A stretch of 64,000 nucleotides of DNA from Phaeosaccion multiseriatum (lineage: Eukaryota > Protista > Ochrophyta, other classes). Positions 1 through 12,400 of the stretch are shown in pieces (within the stretch, counting starts at the first letter, position 1; each line of letters begins with the position of its first letter). The stretch spans positions 744,001 to 808,000 of the forward strand of contig OZ218959.1 in the NCBI GenBank assembly GCA_965112735.1, written 5' to 3'. A program made the position numbers and the translations under genes. The notes below the pieces were generated by a model. It was not told where the DNA came from. It saw only the letters and a program-made list of their open reading frames with translations, and made no database searches.

Positions 1-510
1 GCCCACCACAATCACTGCCATCTCGAGGTCGTTGATGGAGATAAGCTGTGGTGACGCCTGGTGAGCAGCCCGTACCTCGGGAGGCCACTCCCACTGCGCG
101 AAAAGTCCTGCAGCCTCCCACACAATGCCTCCCCCCCTGATAGCCCCCTCTGAGTCCACCCACACTGCTGCATCTCCATCCAATACGATATCCGGGACTC
201 GCTTCACCATCAATTCCAAAGGGCGGACCAAGACGGAGGGATCTTTCACCCCCCAATCTAGAAGATCCCGCCACCGTTGCAGGTCGAAATGCGCTTGAGA
301 GGAGAGCGTGATGCGAGCGTGGGGCGACAAGCCGCAGTGCCGAGTGAGGTTGGTGAGCTGGCGGAGCATGTAGCGACCGGGTCCTACGCAGTAGCTCATG
401 CTCCGGAGTTTCCCGATGACAGACTGGAGCTCCTTCAGCGAGCAAAAATGGCGCTCGGGCCCCCACTCCGCCAAAAGAAGCTGCAGCTCCTCCAGCTTAT
501 CGGGGCGGAG
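1..510 (-). pseudogene. DIRS/Ngaro RT-RNase H fragment (family 3-like), runs off the window edge
   Basis: Minus-strand translation gives ...WGVKDPSV...PQLISINDLEMAVIVVG, homologous to WGVKDPSI...PKLITVNDLEMGVIVTG of the 39805..42162 RT-RH; also similar to 23770-23980. Confidence 0.75.
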
Positions 511-672
511 AGCAAGGGGTTCATATCCTATGTTGAGCGTGTATTTGCTTTCCTTATCAATCTCACTTCGTTATCTATCCTCCTCCTGCGACATGCCGTT
601 CATATGAGGCGTACGTTCCCCAACTGGCGACAATCCGGATTCGAACATACCAAACACCTTTGAGACTCCACA
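511..672 (-). repeat. Truncated LTR of Gypsy family A
   Basis: Matches the 210-bp LTR-A and ends ...gagactccaca; shares diagnostic variants with the LTR at 45304. Confidence 0.85.
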
Positions 673-1217
673 CGACTTGGGGGGTTGGCATTGATCGGTA
701 TTCATGCTTCAGCTCGCTGTGTGCACAACGGGTACGGGTCGGTTAGTATGTGGTTGTTCTCATTTTTCTTTTTGGTGTTGTGTCACACCGTTATTTTCTT
801 TTGTTTGCCGAAGAAGTTGGTGCTACGCTTTGGAATATGGATGCTTTGCTGCTTAGCTTGCTGCTAGATGCATGGGGTTTTGGACTTTGTTTCTTTCCCC
901 ATTATGTTGCTATAGTTCTATTAGAGGTTTGTGTGTGAGCTGCTCCTTTTCGCCCCACAGTTTTCTCAGTCCTTGGCTGGTTGGCCTCGGTCTTGGGGGG
1001 GGAAGTTGTGGAGTCTCAAAGGTGTTTGGTATGTTCGAATCCGGATTGTCGCCATTTGGGGAACACGTGCTTCATATGAATGGCATGTCGCAGGAGGAGG
1101 ATAGATAGGAAAGTGAGATAGAGAAAGGAAAGCTAATACACGCTCAACATAGGATACGAACCCCTTGCTTGTTGGTTGTCTGGGGTGTGTGGTCTGTCCC
1201 ACATCCCAGGCGGCTCA
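673..1217 (+). mobile_element. 3' end of a Gypsy-A element: 3'UTR, PPT (995-1006), 3' LTR (1007-1217)
   Basis: ggggggggaagt PPT followed by a tgtggag...ggctca LTR; same as 54835-55381. Confidence 0.85.
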
Positions 1218-1648
1218 GTTCGCGGCGGACGATTGGAATCGCAGCGGAGTGGTCTTGGTACGGCGTGTGCAGAAGGGTAACTTCTACGAGTTGATGTTCG
1301 AAGAGCTTGGAGCGGAAAACATGAGCGCTTCTGTGAGGGCATTTTCGGCTTTTCTACAGGGGTTGGATATACGTACACTTTTGGATCTGTGATTCCGAAA
1401 AGAATCCGAATTTGCTGCTTTGGGCGCGCTTTGCTGCTTCCACTAGCCGTGCCAGAGGACTGAGCAGTGTATTTCGCTCAGTGGCTCGCCCCCCCCCCAG
1501 CACACCATCCCAAGCGAGTGGGGTTAGGGTGATGGTCAGCAGGGGGCGTGCGAAGGCACCTCTTCAAAGGACACTGACTCTGCCCGTGGCGACACCAGCG
1601 GCTCCTCCCTCGCCATCATTCCTCCCCCAGCAGCGGGGAGCGCAGCCC
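1218..1648 (+). mobile_element. Fragment of the internal region of the non-autonomous Ngaro-1 element
   Basis: Near-identical to ~7430-7859. Confidence 0.75.
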
Positions 1649-3541
1649 CAATGCCGGCTTTGGGCATTTTTGATCCCAGCACAGAGCCAGATTGGGCCAT
1701 TTGAGCCCATCCAAGGCCCCACTTGGCGCTGTTGTGGCAATGTAGTATCTCAGTTGGGCCTGTTGCGCTGAGCCAATGCCCGGCGTGGGCATGTTGTGGC
1801 CAGCAAACGCGTCGTTCGGGCTGTGTGTGCGCCACAAATGCCGGCTTTGGGCATTTTTGGTCCCAGCACAGAGCCAGATTGGGCCATTTGAGCCCATCCA
1901 AGGCCCCACTTGGCGCTGTTGTGGCAATGTAGTATCTCAGTTGGGCCTGTTGGGCTGAGCCAATGCCCGGCGTGGGCATGTTGTGGCCAGCAAACGCGTC
2001 GTTCGGGCTGTGTGTGCGCCACAAATGCCGGCTTTGGGCTTTTTTGGTCCCAGCACAGAGCCAGATTGGGCCATTTGAGCCCATCCAAGGCCCCACTCGG
2101 CGCTGTTGTGGCAATGTAGTATCTCAGTTGGGCCTGTTGTGCTGAGCCAATGCCCGGCGTGGGCATGTTGTGGCCAGCAAACGCGTCGTTCGGGCTGTGT
2201 GTGCGCCACAAATGCCGGCTTTGGGCTTTTTTGGTCCCAGCACAGAGCCAGATTGGGCCATTTGAGCCCGTCCAAGGCCCCACTTGGCGCTGTTGTGGCA
2301 ATGTAGTATCTCAGTTGGGCCTGTTGTGCTGAGCCAATGCCCGGCGTGGGCATGTTGTGGCCAGCAAACGCGTCGTTCGGGCTGTGTGTGCGCCACAAAT
2401 GCCGGCTTTGGGGCTTTTTTGGTCCCAGCACAGAGCCAGATTGGGCCATTTGAGCCCATCCAAAGCCCCACTTGGCGCTGTTGTGGCAATGTAGTATCTC
2501 AGTTGGGCCTGTTGTGCTGAGCCAATGCCCGGCGTGGGCATGTTGTGGCCAGCAAACGCGTCGTTCGGGCTGTGTGTGCGCCACAAATGCCGGCTTTGGG
2601 GCTTTTTTGGTCCCAGCACAGAGCCAGATTGGGCCATTTGAGCCCATCCAAAGCCCCACTTGGCGCTGTTGTGGCAATGTAGTATCTCAGTTGGGCCTGT
2701 TGTGCTGAGCCAATGCCCGGCGTGGGCATGTTGTGGCCAGCAAACGCGTCGTTCGGGCTGTGTGTGCGCCACAAATGCCGGCTTTGGGCATTTTTGGTCC
2801 CAGCACAGAGCCAGATTGGGCCATTTGAGCCCATCCAAGGCCCCACTTGGCGCTGTTGTGGCAATGTAGTATCTCAGTTGGGCCTGTTGTGCTGAGCCAA
2901 TGCCCGGCGTGGGCATGTTGTGGCCAGCAAACGCGTCGTTCGGGCTGTGTGTGCGCCACAAATGCCGGCTTTGGGCATTTTTGGTCCCAGCACAGAGCCA
3001 GATTGGGCCATTTGAGCCCATCCAAGGCCCCACTTGGCGCTGTTGTGGCAATGTAGTATCTCAGTTGGGCCTGTTGTGCTGAGCCAATGCCCGGCGTGGG
3101 CATGTTGTGGCCAGCAAACGCGTCGTTCGGGCTGTGTGTGCGCCACAAATGCCGGCTTTGGGGCATTTTTGGTCCCAGCACAGATGCTTGAGCCAGCTTG
3201 GGCCATTTGAGCCCATCCAAGGCCCCACTTGGCGCTGTTGTGGCAATGCAGTATCTCAGTTGGGCCTGTTGTGCTGAGCCAATGCCCGGCGTGGGCATGT
3301 TGTGGCCAGCAAACGCGTCGTTCGGGCTGTGTGTGCGCCACAAATGCCGGCTTTGGGCATTTTTGGTCCCAGCACAGATGCTCGCGCCAGATTGGGCCAT
3401 TTGAGCCCATCCAAGGCCCCACTTGGCGCTGTTGTGGCAATGTAGTATCTCAGTTGGGCCTGTTGTGCTGAGCCAATGCCCGGCGTGGGCATGTTGTGGC
3501 CAGCAAACGCGTCGTTCGGGCTGTGTGTGCGCCACAAATGC
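1649..3541. repeat. Satellite block 1, ~10 monomers of 187 bp (188/194/195-bp variants)
   Basis: Tandem unit aatgccggctttgggc...gtgtgcgccaca; 187-bp periodicity in the ORF track. Confidence 0.97.
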
Positions 3542-3903
3542 TGTGCTATTGTCCTATACAGTGTTGGTCATACATTCAGGGGTCACAGAAATATGAGTGT
3601 AACCTTCATGGACACCCCTGACCCAGGGGGAACAGATAGAAAGCGTGTGGAGAGCACTCTTTTTCTTGCAAGCTCTAAGTGTGTAGTAAAGACTTAATAC
3701 GGACACCGACGCCCCACCAGAGGCGCGGCGAATACTTGGTCCAAACCCCTTAATCTTTTCTACGTCAGCTTAGCATAGAACTAGTTCTCGCATAAAGAGT
3801 TGCGAAAGAAGAATAACAGCAGTTGCAGGAGTTCTGAGGAGACGTCCAACGAGACTTCAGCAGCGACAGACATCAGTGCAGTCTTCTAGGGGAACCTAGG
3901 AGG

Positions 3904-5340
3904 ATGGTTACGCCTTCAGAGCAGGATAAGTATGACACCAGCGATTGGAGAGGAGATTGGCCGATTCTTAAAGGGCAGAAGACTCCGATCAGAGTGAACA
4001 CCTTTGTGTATGGCTATGAGAGGTGCGCAGAGAGAATGAGACTCGCTAGACAGCAAGCTCGCATTCCCGACATGGCTACTTTGTTGGACCCTGTTCTGAG
4101 AACGCAAGCCAGCGTTGAGTTAAAGGTACAGGTAACAGAGCTGAACACTGAGAACGTGAAGAAATGGCTCAAGGATTGGTTGAAGGAACATTCTGAGAGC
4201 GACGTGCAAGGAGAGACACTTGCATCTATTGCCGACGAGATCACGATAGAATGTGCGAATCGTGAGAACGCCGGAGCGCTGAAGGAGGCTTTAATATATG
4301 CCCACACGGAGTTTTTGGGTATGATCAAGAACAGCTCCTTCAGCTCCCTCTTGCAGACGGAGGATGGCACTGCAGACAATTGGTGGCTGCCCAAAGATAA
4401 GGCGGCTACGAAGTCCATCAGGTTTGCTTTCAACAGTGTCCTGAACCGATTTGATTCCAATATGGTGAAGCTCATTAAAGATGCCGAGAGACAGTGGCAG
4501 AGCTCGATTGATTGGGACAAGAACTACAAGCAGTGGTTTGAGCTCGTGATTGATATCCACATGGGGTGGGCTAATGCTCGAGCTGCTGCCGCGCGAGCGA
4601 ATCTCACGGCGGAACAGGCCTTGCCCAACTTGAAGAAGACGGGAGGAGGCGGCTCTGCTAATTCTGGAAAGGGGGGAGAGCCCGCCTGGAAGAAGAAGAA
4701 GCAGGAGCAGGCGGCGGCCAAGAATGGTGCAGCTGCAAGTGGTGGTTCGGTTGACGCGAAACCCAAGGAGGATGTTAAGCCTGCCGGAGGAGGGGGGGCT
4801 AAGGAGCCACGCCCTTTCTCTGGAAAGTGTCTTTCATGTGGGTTAGCCCACACCCTCAGGAAGTGCCCAACGACCTCCCAAGATCAGAAAGATCGGCTGT
4901 GGGCGGACTATAAGAAGAAACACCCGCACATTAAGGTCCTGGCATCAGCAGAGGCAGATGCAGGAGCCGTAGCAGAGGATGTGGAAGGGGAGAGAGTCAC
5001 AGTTGATCTCGTCGCCAACCCATCTGAGACGGTGTCGGAAGCCGCACGGCTGAAGATTTCCGCAGTTTGGGACTCGGGCTGTGATGTGGGGCTGGTTATC
5101 TCCCGCCGAGATGCAGACAAGTTTGTTGCGCTCGGGCGAGGTGGCGAGCTCACAGTCATTAAACCCCGGAGCCTCAAGACTGGAAATGGCCTGGTCGAAG
5201 CCACGCAGGTTTTGACAGGAGCGCATTTGTTGTTTGACTTTCCATGGGGGCCAGTGAGTACCCTTCAGATGGAAGAGAGTCTGCGCAATGCGTACGTGTT
5301 GGAGGAGATCGACATGATGTGTCTAGGTCGTCCTCTTTAG
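3904..5340 (+). pseudogene. gag: Gag-protease part of family B Gag-Pol (interrupted)
   Basis: Zinc knuckle CLSCGLAHTLRKC and protease WDSG; ends at TAG (CAG in the intact copy) at the insertion site. Confidence 0.9.
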
Positions 5341-8300
5341 AAAGCCTGTTCAGCAGCGCAGCAACGGAACTTTGTTTCTCGCGGAACAGAGACGAGGACG
5401 AGGTGGGAGACATGGGAGCCAGCAGGGCGAAGCGTCAGCGTAGGTGCTTGGTACCGCCCCAAGGGGGGGGTCCCCTCTGGGGAGATGTACAGTATGTCAG
5501 TGAAGCAGGGAATTTAGATTTTTCAGAAGAGGAGAGACCTTGGCGTGTGCTGTCACTTACTGAGGCGGCGGAGACAGAGCCCAGGAAGAGTGGAACACAC
5601 TGTCAAGGAGGAGAGTAGATACTGGTGTGGTGGAAAGCGAGCCTCTTGTCCTGGGCCCGGACAAAGCGCTTGTGTTGGCCAAGGGGATCCGCCTGGTGTT
5701 GCGAGCCGGGATCCTCGTGGAAGAGGGAGGAAGAGCTAGGGAGACTGTGTCTGGTGTTGCGTGCCGACAGTCTCCACGGTGTTGCGTGCCGGAACTCTTC
5801 TTTTCTTTCCTTTGCCGGTGTTGCGGGGCTCTATGGCTTGGGACAAGCGGTGTCTGGTGTTGCGTGCCGACCGCCTCCACGGTGTTGCGTGCCGGCGCCT
5901 TTTGCCCTCTGCGCCCTTTCTTCCTTGCTGGTATCGCCGTAGGATCCGCGTCCGGTGTTGAGGCCGACGCCCTACTCATCTCTCCGCCCTCTCCTCTCTC
6001 CCGTGGCCCAAGGTTTGGGGGGGGTGGTCCACGGCATTTTTTGTCTTTTTGCGAGGCGAAAGGGGCTCCCGGGTGACGGCAGGCCCCTTAGCTCTTCCAG
6101 GTGTCTGTCTGTATGTTTGTGTGTGTATGTTTCGACGGTGTTTCTGTGTGTAGGGTGCGTATTTCCTGTGTTTGGCGTGCGAATAAGGGCCTCCTCCACA
6201 AAGGAGGCTGGCTCTGCGCGCGGTGACAACAGCGGCTCATCCCTCGCCATTCCGGCCCTCAGCGGCGGGCGGGGCAGTCCCAGGCAACAGCAGCCGTGGT
6301 CACTGCCCCTACACACGATGTGTGTTTGTATCTGTGTGTGCTGGTCTGCGTCTGTGTGTGCTAGTGTGCGTTTGTGGGTCCTGGTGTCCCTGTATTGTGC
6401 CTTTGTCTATGTCTGTGTGCCTGTGAATGTTTGTGTACGTCTGCGTGTTTAAGTGTACCTCCCTTGTTGTTGGAGTGTCTCCCACCTACAACAGCAGTAT
6501 GGCCAGAAGGAGGCGTACGTGGTCGCCACTGGGCTTGCCTGCAGTCTCTCTGGATGGGTGGGGGCGTAGCTGACCTTCGATACGGGAGCTCGCACGGCTC
6601 ACCTCCGGCAGCTACATCCGAGAGACATATCGGGCCGAGGAGCGGCGAAGGGAAGGAGACGGACTACAGCTGTACCTCCCTCACCATCTCGAACGCATGG
6701 GAAGGGGAGGGGGGGGGTCCGATGGAGGCTCAGCTCTCAGGACAAACAGCAACCGCCAGGCAGTTAGTACGAGCGTCAAAGGTGGCAGCATGGATGCGAA
6801 GGCAGCTATTCGGGCTGTTGGAAGGAACCGGAGAGCCCTTTGATGGTGGTTGGCGCCTCTAGTTTGCGTGTGGAGCGGATATGGGACCTGTGGCCATAAC
6901 AGCGAACCGATGGGCGACAAGAGAGGCACAGCATACGAGGGAGAATTGGGAATTGGAAGGCGGCATTGGGAGTGCACGGTACTCGCATTTCGGGAGGTAC
7001 GGCAGCGTTTGGTGACCGTCTACGGAGTGTACGGCGATGTACGTCGTCCGGTGCTGAAGGAAATTGGGGCATTGAGCAATCTGGCTACTTATCTGTAATG
7101 GACGGCGGAAGCATGACGTTTGGTCGTCCACCACAGCTATGGAGTGGAAGTCGGGGCCTGCCTGTGATGCAGAAGAGAAGGTGATGGATTTTTCGGCGTT
7201 GGGGCTCGTGAGCGGTGTGAACATGGAGGATGGGAGAGAACAGGGCTTGTGGCTCGCTCTGCTTGCACGACCCACTTGCAGTAGTATGGATGGACTACCC
7301 TCTTGCTATCGTGCTCGGTGGTCGAGGGATTGATGCCGCCGCGCTTGAGATATTGGACTTGTTCATCTTTCGGGCCCGCAGCACCGAGGTGTTTTGCATT
7401 CGTTGTATTGCTCAGCTGGTACAGCGGAAGTCCGCGGCGGACGGTTGGAATCGCAGCGGAGTGGTCTTGGTACGGCGTGTGCAGAAGGGTAACTTCTACG
7501 AGTTGATGTTCGAAGAGCTTGGAGCGGAAACATGAGCGCTTCTGTGAGGGCATTTTCGGCTTTTCTACAGGGGTTGGATATATGGACACTTCTGGATCTG
7601 TGATTCCGGAAAGAATCCGAATTTGCTGGTTTGGGCGCGCTTTGCTGCTTCCACCAGCCGTGCCAGAGGACTGCGCAGTGTATTTCGCTCAGTGGCTCGC
7701 CTCCCCCCCAGCACACCATCCCAAGCGAGTGGGGGGTGTGTGATGGTCAGCAGGGGACGTGCGAAGGGACCTCTTCAAAGGACACTGACTCTGCCCGTGG
7801 CGACACCAGCGGCTCCTCCCTCGCCATCATTCCTCCCCCAGCAGCGGGGAGCGCAGCCCTTGGCAACAGCACCAGCAGCCCTACACCGGTACACGCGGCG
7901 GGTGTTTGTATGTGTGTGTGTACTGGTGTGCGTCTGTGTCTACTGGTGCCCCTGTATGTGTATTATTATGTCTGTGTGCGTATGAATGTTTGTGTATCTT
8001 TGTGTTTTGTGTACCGGCCGACTACGATCGGGAGAGTGGGCTCTCGACTAGGCTGGGGCAGGTGCTGCTGCACCCTCGCAGCGCACCGGTGGGTACTCGG
8101 ATGGGTGGGGGTGAAGCGGGACTTGGGGTGCTCACTGCGGTGGCACCCCAAGCTCCACTACATCCGAAACCCGGTGCCCGCCTCCCTCCATGGAGGCGGC
8201 CCCCTTGGAGGCGCTCTGCGCTCCCGAGGTGGGACTCCCTCACGGGACTGCCCCCCCCTACTAATGATGAGTCCTTCCCCCAACGTTAGCTACCCCTGGT

Positions 8301-9442
8301 CCACGACCTCTCCACCTGCGGAGCAGGTGGGCACTTGGGAGTCCAGCCCTATTCCTCTTGGCCTCGAACACGGCGTGGATGTGGATAGTCCTCAGCATGC
8401 ATACCGCGACGCCTTGGAGCGGGAGTCGGACATCTCCCGGGCCCTCGCCTACGACTGAAGGGAGGAGGCCTCTCACTGGCTTCCCACCTTCGCCCGAGCG
8501 CCGCGACCGCGCGAAAGCCTGTTCAGCAGCGCAGCAACGGAACTTTGTTTCTCGCGGAACAGAGACGAGGACGAGGTGGGAGACATGGGAGCCAGCAGGG
8601 CGAAGCGTCAGCGTAGGTGCTTGGTACCGCCCCAAGGGGGGGGTCCCCTCTGGGGAGATGTACAGTATGTCAGTGAAGCAGGGAATTTAGATTTTTCAGA
8701 AGAGGAGAGACCTTGGCGTGTGCTGTCACTTACTGAGGCGGCGGAGACAGAGCCCAGGAAGAGTGGAACACACTGTCAAGGAGGAGAGTAGATACTGGTG
8801 TGGTGGAAAGCGAGCCTCTTGTCCTGGGCCCGGACAAAGCGCTTGTGTTGGCCAAGGGGATCCGCCTGGTGTTGCGAGCCGGGATCCTCGTGGAAGAGGG
8901 AGGAAGAGCTAGGGAGACTGTGTCTGGTGTTGCGTGCCGACAGTCTCCACGGTGTTGCGTGCCGGAACTCTTCTTTTCTTTCCCACCCACCCACCCTCAG
9001 TCTTAGTTTTAGTTTTAGATACTCATACATTATGGGGGTGAAGCGGGACTTGGGGTGCTCACTGCGGTGGCACCCCAAGCTCCACTACATCCGAAACCCG
9101 GTGCCCGCCTCCCTCCATGGAGGCGGCCCCCTTGGAGGCGCTCTGCGCTCCCGAGGTGGGACTCCCTCACGGGACTGCCCCCCCCTACTAATGATGAGTC
9201 CTTCCCCCAACGTTAGCTACCCCTGGTCCACGACCTCTCCACCTGCGGAGCAGGTGGGCACTTGGGAGTCCAGCCCTATTCCTCTTGGCCTCGAACACGG
9301 CGTGGATGTGGATAGTCCTCAGCATGCATACCGCGACGCCTTGGAGCGGGAGTCGGACATCTCCCGGGCCCTCGCCTACGACTGAAGGGAGGAGGCCTCT
9401 CACTGGCTTCCCACCTTCGCCCGAGCGCCGCGACCGCGCGAA
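5340..9442 (+). mobile_element. Non-autonomous Ngaro-type (YR) element, family 1, A1-internal-B1-A2-B2
   Basis: A1 5340-5810 = A2 8513-8983; B1 8106-8515 = B2 9033-9442; GAA at both ends and at the B1/A2 junction; no intact RT or YR inside. Confidence 0.9.
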
Positions 9443-12400
9443 GGCTTTTGGACTATCATCCATCCGAGCCCAGTTCGAGACGATGCATAGCGAAGAAGCT
9501 TTGCGTCGCGAACGAGAGACTGCGGAGAAGGAGAAGGAGGCAGAGCCTCTTAGCTCCAGCGCAGGTAGAGTGATGAGTCTCTTTTCGTCAGCTCCCTCAG
9601 AGGAGAGTGACGATTTGTTTCCTGTTGAGCAGGGGACGGGCAAGACGCCCATAGTAGGATCGGTAGGAACCTACCACCTTAACAATGAAGAGATCAAACA
9701 GTATGACGGTGTAGCTGTTACCATTCAGCAACCTGAGGACGGACTGCCGCCCACATACGAGAGCCTAGAGGCACGTTTGGGGTCAGTCGTCGACAATGCT
9801 ATAGCAGAGCATGATTTTCCCGAGCGGTTGAAAGAACCGATGCTGAGGGCACTACTGAAGTGGCCTGACGTGTGGCGGGATGAGTTACTGTGGGAGGACG
9901 GTGCTGCTAAGGTTGAGCCGATGAAGGTGCAGTTCAAGAGCTCTGAACCACATTCGCAGCTCCCTATCAAGCAACCCGGTCCGAAGGCGGCCTTTGTGCG
10001 CGAGTTCACCAATAAAATGGTAGACAAGGGCTTTGGCTACAGCAACCCGCAGAGCGTGTATTCTAACCGAGCCTTCGCAGTGGGAAAGCCGGGAAAGCCC
10101 GGTAAGTACAGACTGGTGTGTGACCTTCGGGCAGCTAACGCAAACACAGTCAAGGTTGATTTCGGTATGACTGACACGGAGACTATCTCTCTCGCACTGC
10201 GAGGGGCCAGATGGTTTATTGAGATTGATGGCAAGGATTTCTTTTGGCAATTTCCGCTCGAGGAGTGGTGCCAGGAGCATTTCACTTACATAACCGCAGA
10301 CGCAAAGGTGACTCCTACGAGAGTACCACAGGGAGCCCTCAACTCAGCGGCATATGTGCAGGGTACCATGAGCGAGGTCTTTCGCGAGGAAGTCGGTAAG
10401 ACTCACGCTGTGTACATTGACAATATCGCCTACTGGGCTATCGAGGGTGAGGAGCTGGTCGAGAGGACCGAACTCACCATGGACAAGCTTCACGAGAAGA
10501 ACTTGAAGATGGGAGTCAGCTCATTCAGTTTCGGAAGTGAGTTGAAGTTCGTGGGCAGAGTGCATGACAGACATGGTACTCGTCACGATCCGGAGCGAAT
10601 TCAAGGTCTGACAGACTTGGGTACGCCGGAGACAGCGGGCGATCTGATGACGTTCCTGTGTGGAATACAGTGGTTCAACCGCTGGGTGAAAGATTTCGCA
10701 CAGTGGGTGGGGCCTCTGTATGACTTGTTGAATGAGTGTTTGGGGGAGGCTAATGCCAAACCGCATCAGCACAAGCGCTCTAAGGCTGTGGCTGCAACTA
10801 TTCAACTAGACAAGAGGTGGACAGCTGAGCATGACGCGGCTTTCTTGGGGATCAAGCGCGTGCTCGCAGAGAACACGGTGCGCGCTCACCCGGACCCTGA
10901 GCAGGTAGTACTAGTGTTTGCAGACGCCAGTGACCGCTACTGGGGGGGCATGATCGCACAGTGTAGACCCGAGAACGTGGGTCTTCCTCTTGACGAGATG
11001 GACATGGAGCCTGTAGCTTTCTGTTCAGGTGGCTTTGGGAAGCATGAGCTCAAGCGAGCAACTGTGGACAAAGAGGCAGATGCCACTTACCGGACTGTGA
11101 TTCAGAATGAATACGCTTTGGTAGGGGCGAGGAAGGTATACATTTTCTGCGACCATCGCAATTTGGCTTTTCTCTGGTCTAACGACCCACAGTACCCGGG
11201 TCTGACCAAACCCATGCGAGAGCGGCTGCAGCGACAGGCACTTCGATTGCAGGCATTTGACTATACAATCATGCATTTGCCTGGCGACAAGCACTTGTGG
11301 GCTGACCCTCTGAGCCGTTGGCGCAAGAGGACGAGCCATGCAGCGCCTTGCGTGTTGGCTCTACGAGGCGGGAAATTCGGAGCCATGCAGGTCTTTGACA
11401 TGATGGCGCCTGACTTTCTTTGGCCCACGGAGCAGGAGATTGTCAGCGTTCAGCAGGAGGCCTTTGCAAAGCTCCTGGACGCTGGCAAAGAGGTGGGAGA
11501 GAGTGGTCGCCAACTGCTTCTCTCACAGACTGGCGACGGCGGTCTGATTCGAGCAAAAAGTAGCACAGATGACAACGCTCAGCAGTCAAAGATTTGGATA
11601 CCGCGTAAGGCAGAGGACTTGCGCCTTCGGCTCAGCGTAGTGGCCCACCAGGGGGGCATGGGCCATCGTGGGATGACCAACACGCTGGAAGCTGTAGGGA
11701 AGGACTTTGTTTGGCATGGCCAGCAGGAGGATATCAAGCGCTTTGTGAACGAGTGTATTCATTGCCTTAGCAATGGCGTAGGGCTGCGCGTTCCTCGACC
11801 GCTTTTGGGTCAATGGCATGCTACCAAGCCCCAGCAGATGATATGGTTTGACTATGTCAAGATGGGCAAGGGTATCATTTGGGTTGATGGACCTGATGGG
11901 TTCATGCAGATTCAAGTACAGTACGCGCTATGCATTTTTGATGACTTTTCGTCCTTGACAATGTACGAGCCGTGCTATGAGGCTACCGCACGAGGGTGCG
12001 CGCGGGCTTTGCTGAGATGGTTTGCTCAGCATGGCATTGTGCCTCGATGGCAGAGTGACAGAGGCAGTCATTTCCTCAATGAGGTGATGAGCGAGCTGAG
12101 AGCAATGTTGAGGTGTGATCATCATTTTGTGGTGGCACATGCGGCTTATAGCCGTGGACTTGGGGAGCGCGGTGTGCAAACGCTTCAGAAGCTTATGCAG
12201 CCGCTACTATCAGAGATGAGGGCACTACCAGAGTCGTGGCCGCAGTTTCTACCAGTGGTCGAGTCCATCGAGAACAGTTGCACCAAGAGCAGTCGTTCCA
12301 GCAAGTCTCCGATTGAGCTGCATTCAGGCCATGTACCTCAGCGCCCTATCGACACGGTTATGCTTCATGATGCTGATCGAGCGCAGAAGGTGGAGTTGAA

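Noticed and set aside
685-938. Hydrophobic short ORFs in the family-A 3'UTR as env-like genes
   Set aside because: T-rich composition, and frames differ between copies
1536-3537. Many 60-320-aa ORFs in satellite blocks (MPQQRQVG..., MALLWQCS...)
   Set aside because: Artefacts of a stop-poor tandem repeat whose length is not a multiple of 3; no domain motifs
1649-3541. CRISPR-like array
   Set aside because: Whole units repeat with no unique spacers; no cas genes; eukaryotic retroelement context
9285-9442. N-terminal extension of Pol (MASNTAW...)
   Set aside because: Chance read-in from the Ngaro B2 repeat; absent from the intact copy
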